A stretch of 23,529 nt of DNA. Origin: Candidatus Margulisiibacteriota bacterium (GTDB taxonomy: Bacteria > Margulisbacteria > WOR-1 > O2-12-FULL-45-9). Positions 1 through 9,099 of this stretch are shown here, one piece after another (within the stretch, counting starts at the first letter, position 1; each line of letters starts with the position of its first letter). The position numbers were made by a program, and so were the translations under genes. The notes below the pieces were generated by a model. It did no database searches, was not told where the DNA came from, and saw only the letters and a list, made by a program, of their open reading frames with translations. The stretch covers positions 1 to 23,529 of the forward strand of contig JBDRHP010000069.1 of the NCBI GenBank assembly GCA_043816785.1, read 5' to 3'.

Positions 1-1
1 A

Positions 2-628
2 GAGATCGCTAAAGAATATCACCACTATGTTTTCAATGCTTTTGGCCTTCACCCGCATGACGCATCAGAATGGAAAGATGACTTGCCTGACAAGATCAGG
101 CAACTGGCCCAAGAAAAAAAGATCATTGCCATTGGCGAAACCGGCTTGGATTATCATTACAAACTTTCTCCGCTGGAAAAACAACAAGAAGTCTTTAGAA
201 AGTTCCTGCAACTGTCACAAGAGCTTGACCTGCCCGCGGTGATCCATTCGCGCGATGCAGCAAAAGATACGTTGACTATTCTTCATGAAGAAAATCAAGG
301 GAAGCTTAAAGCCGTGCTTCATTGCTTTGGTGGTGACATGGAACTCGGACAGCAGGCTTTGGACCTAGGGCTGTTGATCTCTTTCACTGCAAATATTACT
401 TTCAAAAAAGCAGATCAGATCAGAAACGCTGCCAAAGAAATCCCCTTAGATAAAATAATGATCGAAACCGACTGCCCTTTTCTCGCTCCTCAAGCATACC
501 GGGGAAAAAGAAATGAGCCTAGCTATGTGGTCAAAGTCGCGGAACAGATTGCTGAGGTTAAGGGAATTAAACTTGAAGAAGTCGCCATGCAAACCACAAA
601 AAACGCCAGAAACTTTTTTAAGCTTTAA
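2..628 (+). CDS. tatD: TatD family deoxyribonuclease, 5' end outside the window
   Basis: The frame is open from base 2 (EIAKEYHHYVFNAFGLHPHDA) into the listed ORF. TatD motifs: GLHPHDA, AIGETGLDY, IHSRDA, HCF, ETDCPFLAP, RNEP. Confidence 0.93.
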   Translation, partial: EIAKEYHHYVFNAFGLHPHDASEWKDDLPDKIRQLAQEKKIIAIGETGLDYHYKLSPLEKQQEVFRKFLQLSQELDLPAVIHSRDAAKDTLTILHEENQGKLKAVLHCFGGDMELGQQALDLGLLISFTANITFKKADQIRNAAKEIPLDKIMIETDCPFLAPQAYRGKRNEPSYVVKVAEQIAEVKGIKLEEVAMQTTKNARNFFKL

Positions 629-1209
629 TCCTGGCCTGGTTTATAAACGTGATTCGTCTCTACATCTTTTAAGCGCGGATGTTCTTTATCTCTATCTGAC
701 AAGATAACCTGCCCCCCCACTTCATCAACCGGCCACTTGATGCCAATATCCGGATCGTTCCAGATAATCGCCCGCTCGTTCTCAGCGCTGTAGAGGCCGG
801 TACACTTGTAATAGACCAAAGCATCATCTGCCAGCGCCAGGAATCCATGCGCAAAACCAGGCGGAAAATAGAGAATTTTCTTGTTTTCATCAGAAATAAT
901 CTCCCCATACCACCGGCCAAAAGTGGGAGAACCTTTCCTGATATCAACTCCCACATCAAAGATCCTGCCCTTGAGGCAGCTAACCAGTTTACCCATCGGC
1001 CTGGGGTGATTTTGAAAATGCAGCCCGCGCAGCACTCCCTTTTTTGACAGGCTCATATTATCCTGGACGATCGGATGAGTAAAACCATTCTCAAGGAAGT
1101 TCTTTAAATTATAGTTCTCCATGAAAAAGCCGCGGCTATCAAAAAAAGCCTTGGGCTCGATGACCAGGATACCCTCAATAGTTGTTTTGGAAAACTTAAA
1201 TTGCCCCAT
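625..1209 (-). CDS. rfbC: dTDP-4-dehydrorhamnose 3,5-epimerase
   Basis: DSRGFF, QDNMSLS, GVLRGLHFQ, DIRKGSPTFG, GFAHGF, WNDPDIGIKWP and LSDRD are RmlC motifs. Its stop overlaps the tatD stop in TTAA (625-628). Confidence 0.95.
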   Translation of the reverse strand: MGQFKFSKTTIEGILVIEPKAFFDSRGFFMENYNLKNFLENGFTHPIVQDNMSLSKKGVLRGLHFQNHPRPMGKLVSCLKGRIFDVGVDIRKGSPTFGRWYGEIISDENKKILYFPPGFAHGFLALADDALVYYKCTGLYSAENERAIIWNDPDIGIKWPVDEVGGQVILSDRDKEHPRLKDVETNHVYKPGQD

Positions 1210-1217
1210 GTCTTTAA

Positions 1218-1919
1218 TTATATCCCCTTATATCCTGTTACGTCAATTAACCACAAAGACATGGTTTGCAAATAATTGGTAACGAGCAAAATCCCGATAA
1301 GCACCAGGAAGACTCCACAGACAAAATGGATCGTGGGCAAATACTTTTTGATCTCCTTAAACCAAGCCAGCGCGGAATCAACTGCCAAAGATACCAGAAA
1401 AAGCGGCAGCCCCAAGCCAAGAGAAAAAGCGATTAACATCAATGCCCCCTGCCCGGCCATCCCGCTTTGGGCTGCCAGGGTCAGGATGCTGGCAAGAATC
1501 GGCCCCACACAGGGCGTCCAACCCACGGCAAAAACCATGCCGATATAGACCGTCCCCAGATACCCTGAAGGTTTATCAGCAATAGTGGCTCGGCGCTCGA
1601 TATCCAGCCAAGGGAGTTTAACAACTTGCAGAAAATACAGGCCCAAAAAGATAATCAAAGTCCCTCCCAGGATCCGCAGCAGATCGCGAAACTTGAAAAG
1701 GGATTCACCCAGCAACCCAGCCGCCACCCCCATTAAGGTAAAAATAATCATAAAGCCGGCAATAAACAACAAGGAGTGGACAATGGTTTTAAAGCGAACA
1801 TCTTTTAGCTCTTCAAAAGACAGCCCGGTTATGTAAACCAAATAAGCCGGCACCAGCGGCAAAAAACAAGGTGAAAAAAAAGCTAACAATCCGCCGCCAA
1901 AGGCGATCGCTAAATTCAT
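1218..1919 (-). CDS. ccdA: CcdA/DsbD-family transmembrane disulfide reductase (cytochrome c biogenesis protein)
   Basis: About six hydrophobic segments with the two redox Pro-Cys motifs FFSPCFLPLVPAY and GWTPCVGPIL. Confidence 0.92.
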   Translation of the reverse strand: MNLAIAFGGGLLAFFSPCFLPLVPAYLVYITGLSFEELKDVRFKTIVHSLLFIAGFMIIFTLMGVAAGLLGESLFKFRDLLRILGGTLIIFLGLYFLQVVKLPWLDIERRATIADKPSGYLGTVYIGMVFAVGWTPCVGPILASILTLAAQSGMAGQGALMLIAFSLGLGLPLFLVSLAVDSALAWFKEIKKYLPTIHFVCGVFLVLIGILLVTNYLQTMSLWLIDVTGYKGI

Positions 1920-2404
1920 TTAATTAAACTTTGGATCTCTTCTAAAGTCCAATGTCGCGAGCCAACCACCTTGGCAACGATCTTTCCCTCTTTGTTTATA
2001 ATGTAAGTGGTTGGTATCCCGCGAATCATATATTTTTCGGCAATCTTTTTATCCCTATCCAATAAAATTGGAAAAGTATATCCGCCATTTTCCGCAAAGT
2101 TCTCAACTGTTTTTTTGTCCTCTCCAATATTTATTGCCAGCATCTCAAACTCACTGTCATCCCAGGATTTATACAGTTCTTGCATGGAAGGCATCTCTGA
2201 CCGGCAAGGAGGACACCAGGTAGCCCAGAAGTTCAAGAAAACCACCTTTCCCTTATAATCAGCCAGAGTGCGGGTTTGCCCGTTTAAATCTTCCAATGTA
2301 AAATCTATGGCTTTAACGCCTGCTTTTGGGGCGCGTCCCATAGCAAGCACAGAAACCCCAAGAAACATCAGGATAAAAAAGCAGATTAAAGTTTTACGAT
2401 TCAT
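1916..2404 (-). CDS. TlpA/ResA-family exported thioredoxin
   Basis: N-terminal signal or anchor, then DFTL, GKVVFLNFWATWCPPCRSEMP and GIPTTYII. Overlaps ccdA by 4 nt. Confidence 0.92.
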   Translation of the reverse strand: MNRKTLICFFILMFLGVSVLAMGRAPKAGVKAIDFTLEDLNGQTRTLADYKGKVVFLNFWATWCPPCRSEMPSMQELYKSWDDSEFEMLAINIGEDKKTVENFAENGGYTFPILLDRDKKIAEKYMIRGIPTTYIINKEGKIVAKVVGSRHWTLEEIQSLIK

Positions 2405-2429
2405 TATTCAATATCCGATACTCTCCCGA

Positions 2430-3392
2430 TTAAGGTCCGTAATAGAGGATTGTTCCATTATCCCCAACTGCCCAGCCATGGCTGATATCAACGAAACTCA
2501 CCCCGCGCAGGGTGCCAGTGGTTCCACTTGTTTGAGTTGTCCACGAACTTCCATCATACATAAGAATCTTCCCCAACCCCCCAACTGCCCAACCATGGGT
2601 GGCATCCACAAAACTTATCCCATATAAATTATAAGTAGTCCCGCTTTCCTGAGTTGTCCACGAACTTCCATCATACATAAGAATTGTTCCATTATCTCCA
2701 ACTGCCCAGCCATGAGTAGCATCTACAAAACTTACTCCATTTAAATTTTGAGTAATTCCGCTTACTTGAGCCGTCCAAGAAGTTCCATCATACCTCAAAA
2801 TTGTTCCGCTATTTCCAACAACCCATCCGTTAGAAGCAGCTATAAAACTAAAGAAATTCAACTCATTGCTCGTAGGGCTTTCTTGGGAACTCCAGGTTGT
2901 ACCTCCATTAGTGGTAGTTAAAAGCACACCATTATAACCAGTTGCCCAACCAGTATTTTCATCAACAAAGGCTATTTTACGCGCTAATCCCCAATCCTGA
3001 CTGATAGTTTGTTGAACCCAGGTAGCACCACCATCAGTCGTAGCATAAACATCCCCATTACCAACAGCCCAACCATGGGTAGTACCTACAAAATCAATGC
3101 CAGACAAGCCGCCGCTAATTATCTCTTGCGATGCCCAATTAGTTCCATTGTACTTTAACACCGTAGCAGAATGCCCTGCAAGCCAACCATTGCTAGCGTC
3201 TATAAATGACACGCCATTTAATTGCGCAGTTGTGCCGCTCACCTGTTGTAACCAGGTTAAAGTAGTTGTCGTTGTGCTAATGGTGGTAGTGCTCGTTGTA
3301 GTCCCGGCATTTTCAACGCCTCCACAACCAAAAACCAACAACATCATACCCCCGGCAAAAAAAACAGCGGCAAGAATTTTTTTAATCTTCAT
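2430..3392 (-). CDS. YCF48-like/BNR-repeat beta-propeller lipoprotein with a Thr-rich linker
   Basis: Lipobox-like LVFG-C23, a TTTSTTTISTTTTT linker, seven ~39-aa repeats (WxxQxSG..LxGVSFVD..HGWAVG..G.IL) and Asp-boxes TTDGGATW and TTNGGTTW. SD AAGGGGGGA upstream. Confidence 0.8.
   Translation of the reverse strand: MKIKKILAAVFFAGGMMLLVFGCGGVENAGTTTSTTTISTTTTTLTWLQQVSGTTAQLNGVSFIDASNGWLAGHSATVLKYNGTNWASQEIISGGLSGIDFVGTTHGWAVGNGDVYATTDGGATWVQQTISQDWGLARKIAFVDENTGWATGYNGVLLTTTNGGTTWSSQESPTSNELNFFSFIAASNGWVVGNSGTILRYDGTSWTAQVSGITQNLNGVSFVDATHGWAVGDNGTILMYDGSSWTTQESGTTYNLYGISFVDATHGWAVGGLGKILMYDGSSWTTQTSGTTGTLRGVSFVDISHGWAVGDNGTILYYGP
2533..2684. repeat. Exact 35-bp intragenic direct repeat, period 117 nt (one propeller blade)
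   Basis: TGAGTTGTCCACGAACTTCCATCATACATAAGAAT at 2533-2567 and 2650-2684. Confidence 0.9.
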
Positions 3393-3411
3393 AACAAATC
3401 CCCCCCCTTTA

Positions 3412-4206
3412 TTATAGCCTTACAATACATTTGGTCGGACATTTAACAATGGCCGGCTCTGCCGCCTGATCCCCTTTATCATAATTTACCCGGGCAAGAT
3501 TATCTTTAATAGTATACGCTTCTGGCGCGGCCTTAACACAGATCTGGCAGGCAATGCAGCTTACCTTGCAGGCCTTGCGGGAAAGAGCTCCTTTATCTTT
3601 TGAACTGCAATTGACCACCACCCGGTTGTCGCAAGGCACCAGCTCTATTATCTTTCTAGGACAGGCTTCAACGCACAAACCGCAGGCCGTGCACTTTGCT
3701 TCAACAACATGCGGCAGGTTATCATCTCCCATGTAGATCGCACCAAAGGGACAAGACCTCACGCAGTCCGCAAACCCCAGGCAACCGTAACTACAAGCCT
3801 TGGCTCCGCCAGCCACCAACTCAGCTGCTGCGCAGTTCTTTATTCCCTGATAATTTGCCCGATCAACAGACAAGCCTTTCCCTCCGCCGCACATCACCAC
3901 TGCCCGTTTCTTGACCAAAACACCAGCAGAAACGCCCAGGATCTCAGCCATTTCTTCCTGCGCTTCCGCTCCGCCGGGCGGGCAGCTAAAATTGTCCAGT
4001 GATCCCTGGGCTACAACCTTTTCCGCAAAATCATGGCACCCGGCCTGGCCGCAAGCCCCACAGTTGAGTCCTGGCAAAGCTTCCACAATTGCGAGAACTT
4101 TAGGATCTTCCTTAACCTTTAACTTTTCAGAAGCAACTGCCAGAACAGAGGCAAAAAACAGCCCCAGTCCACCCATGGCAATTAATGCTATAAGAAAAAT
4201 GCTCAT
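3412..4206 (-). CDS. rnfB: Rnf electron transport complex subunit B
   Basis: N-terminal TM helix, LPGLNCGACGQAGC...CPPGG, and several CxxCxxCxxxCP ferredoxin motifs. Confidence 0.95.
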   Translation of the reverse strand: MSIFLIALIAMGGLGLFFASVLAVASEKLKVKEDPKVLAIVEALPGLNCGACGQAGCHDFAEKVVAQGSLDNFSCPPGGAEAQEEMAEILGVSAGVLVKKRAVVMCGGGKGLSVDRANYQGIKNCAAAELVAGGAKACSYGCLGFADCVRSCPFGAIYMGDDNLPHVVEAKCTACGLCVEACPRKIIELVPCDNRVVVNCSSKDKGALSRKACKVSCIACQICVKAAPEAYTIKDNLARVNYDKGDQAAEPAIVKCPTKCIVRL

Positions 4207-4781
4207 CCTGAGATCAACCCCGCAAAACCCATGAAAGCTAGAGCCAACAAGCCGGCAATGATCAGCGTGATCGGCGCTCCTTTAAAATGCTCAGGAACAG
4301 GCGCCAGGTCAAGCTCCTCCCGGATGCCAGCCATAATACACAAAGCCAGAGTAAAACCAACACCAGCGGCCAACCCGAAAATAACACTTTGGATAAAATT
4401 GTACTCCCTGAGAGCCGACAGCAGCGCTAAACCTAAAATCGCGCAGTTGGTGGTGATCAATGGCAAAAATATGCCTAGCGAGCGGTAAAGCGTTGGCGAG
4501 GTCTTTCTAATGAACATTTCCACGAACTGGACCAGGGAAGCAATTACAATAATGAATGAGACATACTGCAAGAACGGCAAGCCAAAAGGGATCAGGATAA
4601 GATTGTTGATCAGCCAGGTAACCATGGCCGCCAGGACCATAACAAAGGTCGTGGCTGCTCCCATGCTAAAGGCTTTTTCCAGCTTATTGGATACCCCCAG
4701 AAAGGGACAGATACCTAAAAAGTAACTCAGGACAAAGTTATTAACCACAGCCGCGGATATAAAAATTATCAATAGATCCAT
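4203..4781 (-). CDS. rnfA: Rnf complex subunit A
   Basis: NNFVLSYFLGICPFLGVS, FLPLITTNCAILG, MAGIRE, LAFMGF. Confidence 0.96.
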   Translation of the reverse strand: MDLLIIFISAAVVNNFVLSYFLGICPFLGVSNKLEKAFSMGAATTFVMVLAAMVTWLINNLILIPFGLPFLQYVSFIIVIASLVQFVEMFIRKTSPTLYRSLGIFLPLITTNCAILGLALLSALREYNFIQSVIFGLAAGVGFTLALCIMAGIREELDLAPVPEHFKGAPITLIIAGLLALAFMGFAGLISG

Positions 4782-4787
4782 GCTACT

Positions 4788-5441
4788 TTACCTCGCCTGC
4801 CTGCCGGCAGGCAGGCAAGCCGGAGCCGGCTGCTCCTTGGCTTTGGTTATGTCTTTTAGATAATTCATCAGGCCAATAAGCAGGCCCAAAGTGATAAAAG
4901 CGCCAGCCGGCAGGATCATGATCACCAAGGGCTCAAAGCTTAAGAAACCAAAAATAGTCCCTGAGCCAAATATCTCCCTGACCGCACCTAAAACCAGCAA
5001 GGCGATGGTAAAACCTGCTCCCATGCCAAAGGCGTCAACAAAAGCCCTCCCCGGGTTATTCTTTGAAGCAAAAAGCTCCGCCCTGCCCAGGATGACACAG
5101 TTGACCACGATCAATGGCACAAAAGGTCCCAGGGCTTTGGAAATATCCGGAAAAATACCTTTTAAGAACAAGTCAGCCATGGTAACGAAAGTCGCGATAA
5201 CCACAATGTAAGAAGCTATCCTGACCTGGTTGGGGATCAATTTACGGATGAGTGAAATAATAAAGCTGGAACAGATAAGCACGAATGATGTTGCCAAGCC
5301 CATGGAAAGACCGTTGATTGCCGAGGTCGTAACTGCCAGAGTTGGACACATGCCAAGCAACTGCCGGAAAACCGGGTTTTCATCCCACCAGCCTTTGATG
5401 AATTCGTGAAATAAACTTTTCTTTACTTTGTTTCCAGCCAT
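4788..5441 (-). CDS. rnfE: Rnf complex subunit E
   Basis: ENPVFRQLLGMCPTLAVT, PLIVVNCVILGRAE, ILPAGAF. Has an atypical C-terminal tail. Confidence 0.96.
   Translation of the reverse strand: MAGNKVKKSLFHEFIKGWWDENPVFRQLLGMCPTLAVTTSAINGLSMGLATSFVLICSSFIISLIRKLIPNQVRIASYIVVIATFVTMADLFLKGIFPDISKALGPFVPLIVVNCVILGRAELFASKNNPGRAFVDAFGMGAGFTIALLVLGAVREIFGSGTIFGFLSFEPLVIMILPAGAFITLGLLIGLMNYLKDITKAKEQPAPACLPAGRQAR
4795..4816. repeat. Perfect 22-bp GC-rich palindrome in the last codons of rnfE
   Basis: GCCTGCCTGCCGGCAGGCAGGC is its own reverse complement and encodes ACLPAGRQ. Confidence 0.9.
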
Positions 5442-5971
5442 TGCTTCACCGATTTATTAATTATTTCCACCACTGCCCGCGAAGAAATTGTCGCTCCGGT
5501 TATTGCCTGGATCTCATTTGGCTTTTCAGGCTTAACAGCTTTAACATATTCGATCGGCGGCTTGGTCGCCAGGCCAGTGAACTGGCCATAAAACTTTTGC
5601 TCTGCGATCTTGGCCCCCAAGCCAGGTGTTTCTAACTGCTCCAGCACTATCATGCCGGTAAATTTGCTAAAGTCGTTATTTACGCCGACCATCAACCTGA
5701 TCTCTCCCTGATAGCCATTGCCTTTACATAGGATAGCTGTCCCAAGCTTACGGCCTTGCTTATCAAAACAATTAAAATATGTCAGGTCACCACTAACTGC
5801 TTTCTTATATGATTTAGTCCCTGGCAAAACCTTAAAGACCGCGGCATCAGTTTCCTTGATCTGGTTGGCAATGATCTTGGGCTGGGCCCATTGATAGACA
5901 ACAGCTAAAACCCCGCCAGATACAAGGCCGATCACACTTAAGACAATTATCATTTTCGCTATCTTTTTCAT
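5423..5971 (-). CDS. rnfG: Rnf complex subunit G
   Basis: N-terminal TM, GYQGEI, ETPGLG and the flavinylation motif ITGATISS. Confidence 0.94.
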   Translation of the reverse strand: MKKIAKMIIVLSVIGLVSGGVLAVVYQWAQPKIIANQIKETDAAVFKVLPGTKSYKKAVSGDLTYFNCFDKQGRKLGTAILCKGNGYQGEIRLMVGVNNDFSKFTGMIVLEQLETPGLGAKIAEQKFYGQFTGLATKPPIEYVKAVKPEKPNEIQAITGATISSRAVVEIINKSVKQWLETK

Positions 5972-6912
5972 TTAGCACGCCCCAAAATTCTTGGCCTGGT
6001 GTAGCGGTTGATCAACGGCACCAGGGCATTCATTATTAATATTGAATACATCACACCTTCTGGCAAACCGGAAAACAGGCGGATAACAACGACCAGGATC
6101 CCAGCCCCTACTCCAAAAACCAGCATCCCCTTCTTGGTCAAGGGTGTGGTAACCAGATCCGTTGCCATGAACCAGGCGCCCAGCATTAAACCGCCGGCTA
6201 ACAAATGGAATATTGGATCAGGATATTTGGCTGGATCAATCAGCCAGAAAACCCCGCCAAAAAGCGCCGCTGTACCCAAATAGCTTACTGGAATACGCCA
6301 GCCAATCACCTTTTTCCAGAGCAGGAACAATCCACCCAGCAGAAGCAGCAAGGCGGATGTTTCGCCAACACAACCAGCAATATTGCCGACTAAAAGTTTT
6401 CCATATGGGGTCAACTGCTGCTGGAACTTCATCGAGGCCAGAGGAGTTGCGGAAGAAACAGCCTCAACACCCCGCCAGAAAAAGGGCGCAACATAACTGG
6501 TTATGTGGACCGGGAAAGCCGCGGCCAGGAACGCCCTGCCGATCAAAGCAGGGTTAAAAATATTATAACCCAGGCCGCCGAACAGCTGCTTGCCAATCGC
6601 AATGGCAAAGATCGAGCCCAAGATTGCCGCATAATATGGTAAAGAAGGTGACACGCTAAGCGCCAGGAGCAGCCCGGTCACCACCGCGCTCCAATCAAAA
6701 ATTGTTGCTTCTTTCTTCATTATCTTATTAATAAGATATTCGGTAGCAACCGCGGTCGCGACACAAACCAAGATCAAGCCCAACGCTCTTAAGCCAAAAA
6801 ATATGAACCCGGCAATAGCCGCAGGCAGTAAGGCAAAAATTACCAGCAACATCATCCCGGGAACCGTTAGGCTGGCCTTCTGGTGTGGTGATGGCGCAAT
6901 TAAATAGTTCAT
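5968..6912 (-). CDS. rnfD: Rnf complex subunit D
   Basis: SPH, KQLFGGLGYNIFNPAL, flavinylation motif SSATPL, GETSAL, FMATDLVTTP, PEGVMYSIL. Confidence 0.96.
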   Translation of the reverse strand: MNYLIAPSPHQKASLTVPGMMLLVIFALLPAAIAGFIFFGLRALGLILVCVATAVATEYLINKIMKKEATIFDWSAVVTGLLLALSVSPSLPYYAAILGSIFAIAIGKQLFGGLGYNIFNPALIGRAFLAAAFPVHITSYVAPFFWRGVEAVSSATPLASMKFQQQLTPYGKLLVGNIAGCVGETSALLLLLGGLFLLWKKVIGWRIPVSYLGTAALFGGVFWLIDPAKYPDPIFHLLAGGLMLGAWFMATDLVTTPLTKKGMLVFGVGAGILVVVIRLFSGLPEGVMYSILIMNALVPLINRYTRPRILGRAK

Positions 6913-8222
6913 CTCATCTGCCTCAATTTAAGTTTTGCTAATTTGATCCATTGGACGATCTGGATCTTTGCTGGACAAACATAAGCGCAGCAGCCGCATT
7001 CAATACAATCTGCTCCGCCCCAGTCTTCAAATTGACCATACTTGGCCTTTTCACTAAAGGCGGCTAAACGGCTGGGCAGCAAAAATACTGGACAATGATC
7101 AACGCAGCGGCTGCATTTGATACAGGGATAAACCTTTTCCTCAATCATTTGTTTTTTGGTCAGGACCAGGATACAGCTGGTTGCCTTGACTACCGGCACA
7201 TCCTGCGAATATTGGGAGATCCCCATCATTGGGCCGCCCATGATGACCTTGTTAGCCGTTTCGGTCAGACCGCCACACTGATCTATCACGTCTTTAAATG
7301 TCGTGCCAACCCTGACCAGCAGATTTTTTGGCTCCTTAATCCCGGGACCGGTCACTGTAACCACCCGTTTTGTCAGCGGGCTGCCCCTGGTAATCGCTTC
7401 CATGATCGCCGCGGCTGTCCCAACATTGATCACCACCACTCCAACATCAAGCGGCAAGCCTTGGCTAGGCACCTCACGGTTTAACACTGCCTTGACCAGC
7501 ATTTTTTCTCCACCCTGCGGATACTTTGTCTTCAGCACAATCACAGCAGACTGAAAGTCTCTTTGCTTTCTGACAACAGATTTCATCCTTTCGATCGCGT
7601 CTTTTTTATTGTTCTCAATGCCGATAATGATCCGTTGCGCGCCGGTTGCCATGGCCGCGGCCCTAGCCCCAAAAATGATCTCTTCGGTTTTCTCCAGCAT
7701 CAGCCGGTGGTCAGCAGTAATATAGGGTTCACATTCGCAGCCATTAACAAGTATCGTATCTATCTTTTTGCCTTCTGGCGGGGTTAATTTAACATGGGTA
7801 GGAAAGGCCGCGCCCCCTAATCCAACGATCCCGGCCTCCCGAACTATTTTTCTGATCTTATCTGGAGAAAGTTCAGCCAAAGAATCGTAGCTTTTGGCTG
7901 GCAGGCCGCTGTTTGCAACAGGGGCAGCCTCGATCACCACGGACATTACGTCTGTGCCACAGGGATGAGGCATTGGCTCGATCTTTTTAACGAGCCCGGA
8001 GATCGAAGCGTGAACAGGCGCGGAAATAAACTTTGAGGTTTCGCCGATCTTTTGGCCTTCAAAGACCTGGTCCCCTACCTTAACCAGCGGCTCACAGGCC
8101 GCGCCGGTATGCTGATGTAAGGGAATAACAACTCGTTGGGGCGCAGGCAGCTCCTGGATCGCCTTCCCGCGAGTCTTGCCTTTACTATATTTTGGATGAA
8201 TTCCTTGAGAAAAAGTCTTCAT
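6909..8222 (-). CDS. rnfC: Rnf complex subunit C
   Basis: GIVGLGGAAFPTHVK, NGCECEPYITAD, KYPQGGEK, GGPMMG and two 4Fe-4S motifs (CIKCSRCVDHCP, CIECGCCAYVCP). Confidence 0.97.
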   Translation of the reverse strand: MKTFSQGIHPKYSKGKTRGKAIQELPAPQRVVIPLHQHTGAACEPLVKVGDQVFEGQKIGETSKFISAPVHASISGLVKKIEPMPHPCGTDVMSVVIEAAPVANSGLPAKSYDSLAELSPDKIRKIVREAGIVGLGGAAFPTHVKLTPPEGKKIDTILVNGCECEPYITADHRLMLEKTEEIIFGARAAAMATGAQRIIIGIENNKKDAIERMKSVVRKQRDFQSAVIVLKTKYPQGGEKMLVKAVLNREVPSQGLPLDVGVVVINVGTAAAIMEAITRGSPLTKRVVTVTGPGIKEPKNLLVRVGTTFKDVIDQCGGLTETANKVIMGGPMMGISQYSQDVPVVKATSCILVLTKKQMIEEKVYPCIKCSRCVDHCPVFLLPSRLAAFSEKAKYGQFEDWGGADCIECGCCAYVCPAKIQIVQWIKLAKLKLRQMR

Positions 8223-8240
8223 TGAAGATAAAACCGAACC

Positions 8241-8249
8241 ATTATATCA
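8241..8249 (-). promoter_or_regulatory. Extended -10 promoter upstream of rnfC
   Basis: TG-A-TATAAT on the minus strand in the 33-bp rseC-rnfC gap, 18 nt before the ATG. No obvious SD. Confidence 0.55.
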
Positions 8250-8255
8250 TAAAAA

Positions 8256-8663
8256 TCAACGCGGGGAAATCACTTTGGTGATCGTGGCTCGCAGGGCTTG
8301 CTTCTGCTGGGCATTCTTATCGTACCATTTGATCACCAGTAAACTCGAGGCCGCGAATAATAAGGCCGAGATTATGCCAAAAGTTTCCTGCCCAATTTTA
8401 TAGCCAATTAAATACCCCACCATAAGAAAAAAAATTGGCAGAAGAAAAATCACAATTGATCCTTTGATCATTTCAACCGAGGGGATCTCAATCTCTACTG
8501 TATCATTTAATTTTGCACCGACAGCATTAATTGCTTCGATCGCCAACATGCCCTCAGCCGCTTCATGACACAAGCCGCACTTGGCGCAGGATTCGGTTTT
8601 TTGGCAAGCTACTTCAACAATATTTCCAGATACTGTTTTAGTTACGATTCCCTGTTCTCTCAT
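8256..8663 (-). CDS. rseC: RseC/MucC family protein
   Basis: MxExGxV start, CAKCGLC motif, two C-terminal TM helices, and position directly upstream of rnfC. The ATG at 8663 is preferred over the ORF-track start at 8675. Confidence 0.88.
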   Translation of the reverse strand: MREQGIVTKTVSGNIVEVACQKTESCAKCGLCHEAAEGMLAIEAINAVGAKLNDTVEIEIPSVEMIKGSIVIFLLPIFFLMVGYLIGYKIGQETFGIISALLFAASSLLVIKWYDKNAQQKQALRATITKVISPR

Positions 8664-8970
8664 TTTCAACCGCACGCCTCGCCTGTATTAGGGCATTCGT
8701 GGCGGAGACCGCCGTAGCAAAAACCATGATCACGTCCCAGTGCGCAGCTGAGCCAGGGAAAGCAACGCTAGACAGCTGTCGCTCCAAAAAGTGTCCCCAC
8801 AGCGCAGCAAACGGCAAGGTCTGCCAAAAGACCACATCAACCTCCTGCAAATAATTCTTCGTTGCTGCTTCTGCGGTTGCCAATGCCTCATTTGTCGCTG
8901 CCAGCCCTGGACCAGCGGCCAGCATCAGGATCAAAATCAAAACAATAATAAATTTGGCTCTTTTTGTCAC
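8638..8970 (-). CDS. Hypothetical exported or membrane protein
   Basis: A GTG at 8970, preceded by AAAGGA, starts a signal-peptide-like segment (VTKRAKFIIVLILILMLAAGPGLA) followed by two hydrophobic stretches. Overlaps the rseC start. The ORF track starts at 9033. Confidence 0.6.
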   Translation of the reverse strand: MTKRAKFIIVLILILMLAAGPGLAATNEALATAEAATKNYLQEVDVVFWQTLPFAALWGHFLERQLSSVAFPGSAAHWDVIMVFATAVSATNALIQARRAVENERTGNRN

Positions 8971-9063
8971 TGTAGCAATCCTTTTTAGTCTATTTTCGCT
9001 CAATATTATCTCATATTGATATTGAAATCGCAAAGCCAGACATTGTCTATTTAATAAGTTAAA

Positions 9064-9092
9064 TTGAAAAAATAAGCCGTTTAGGCTATAAT
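9064..9092 (+). promoter_or_regulatory. Sigma70-type promoter of panD (leaderless)
   Basis: TTGAAA (9064-9069), 17-bp spacer, TATAAT (9087-9092). The ATG follows 7 nt later. Confidence 0.75.
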
Positions 9093-9099
9093 ATTACTG

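Noticed and set aside
2533..2684. DGR template/variable repeat pair (also considered for 9541-9676)
   Set aside because: Both pairs are in-frame intragenic duplications and no reverse transcriptase is present. The first pair is identical, and the second has only three mismatches, one not at adenine.
2430..3392. YCF48 similarity as evidence of photosynthesis
   Set aside because: These repeats are widespread in non-phototrophs and there are no photosystem genes in the window.
7545..7567. AGACT-GAA-AGTCT mini-hairpin in rnfC resembling a REP remnant
   Set aside because: A 5-bp stem is expected by chance and there is no clear protein insertion.
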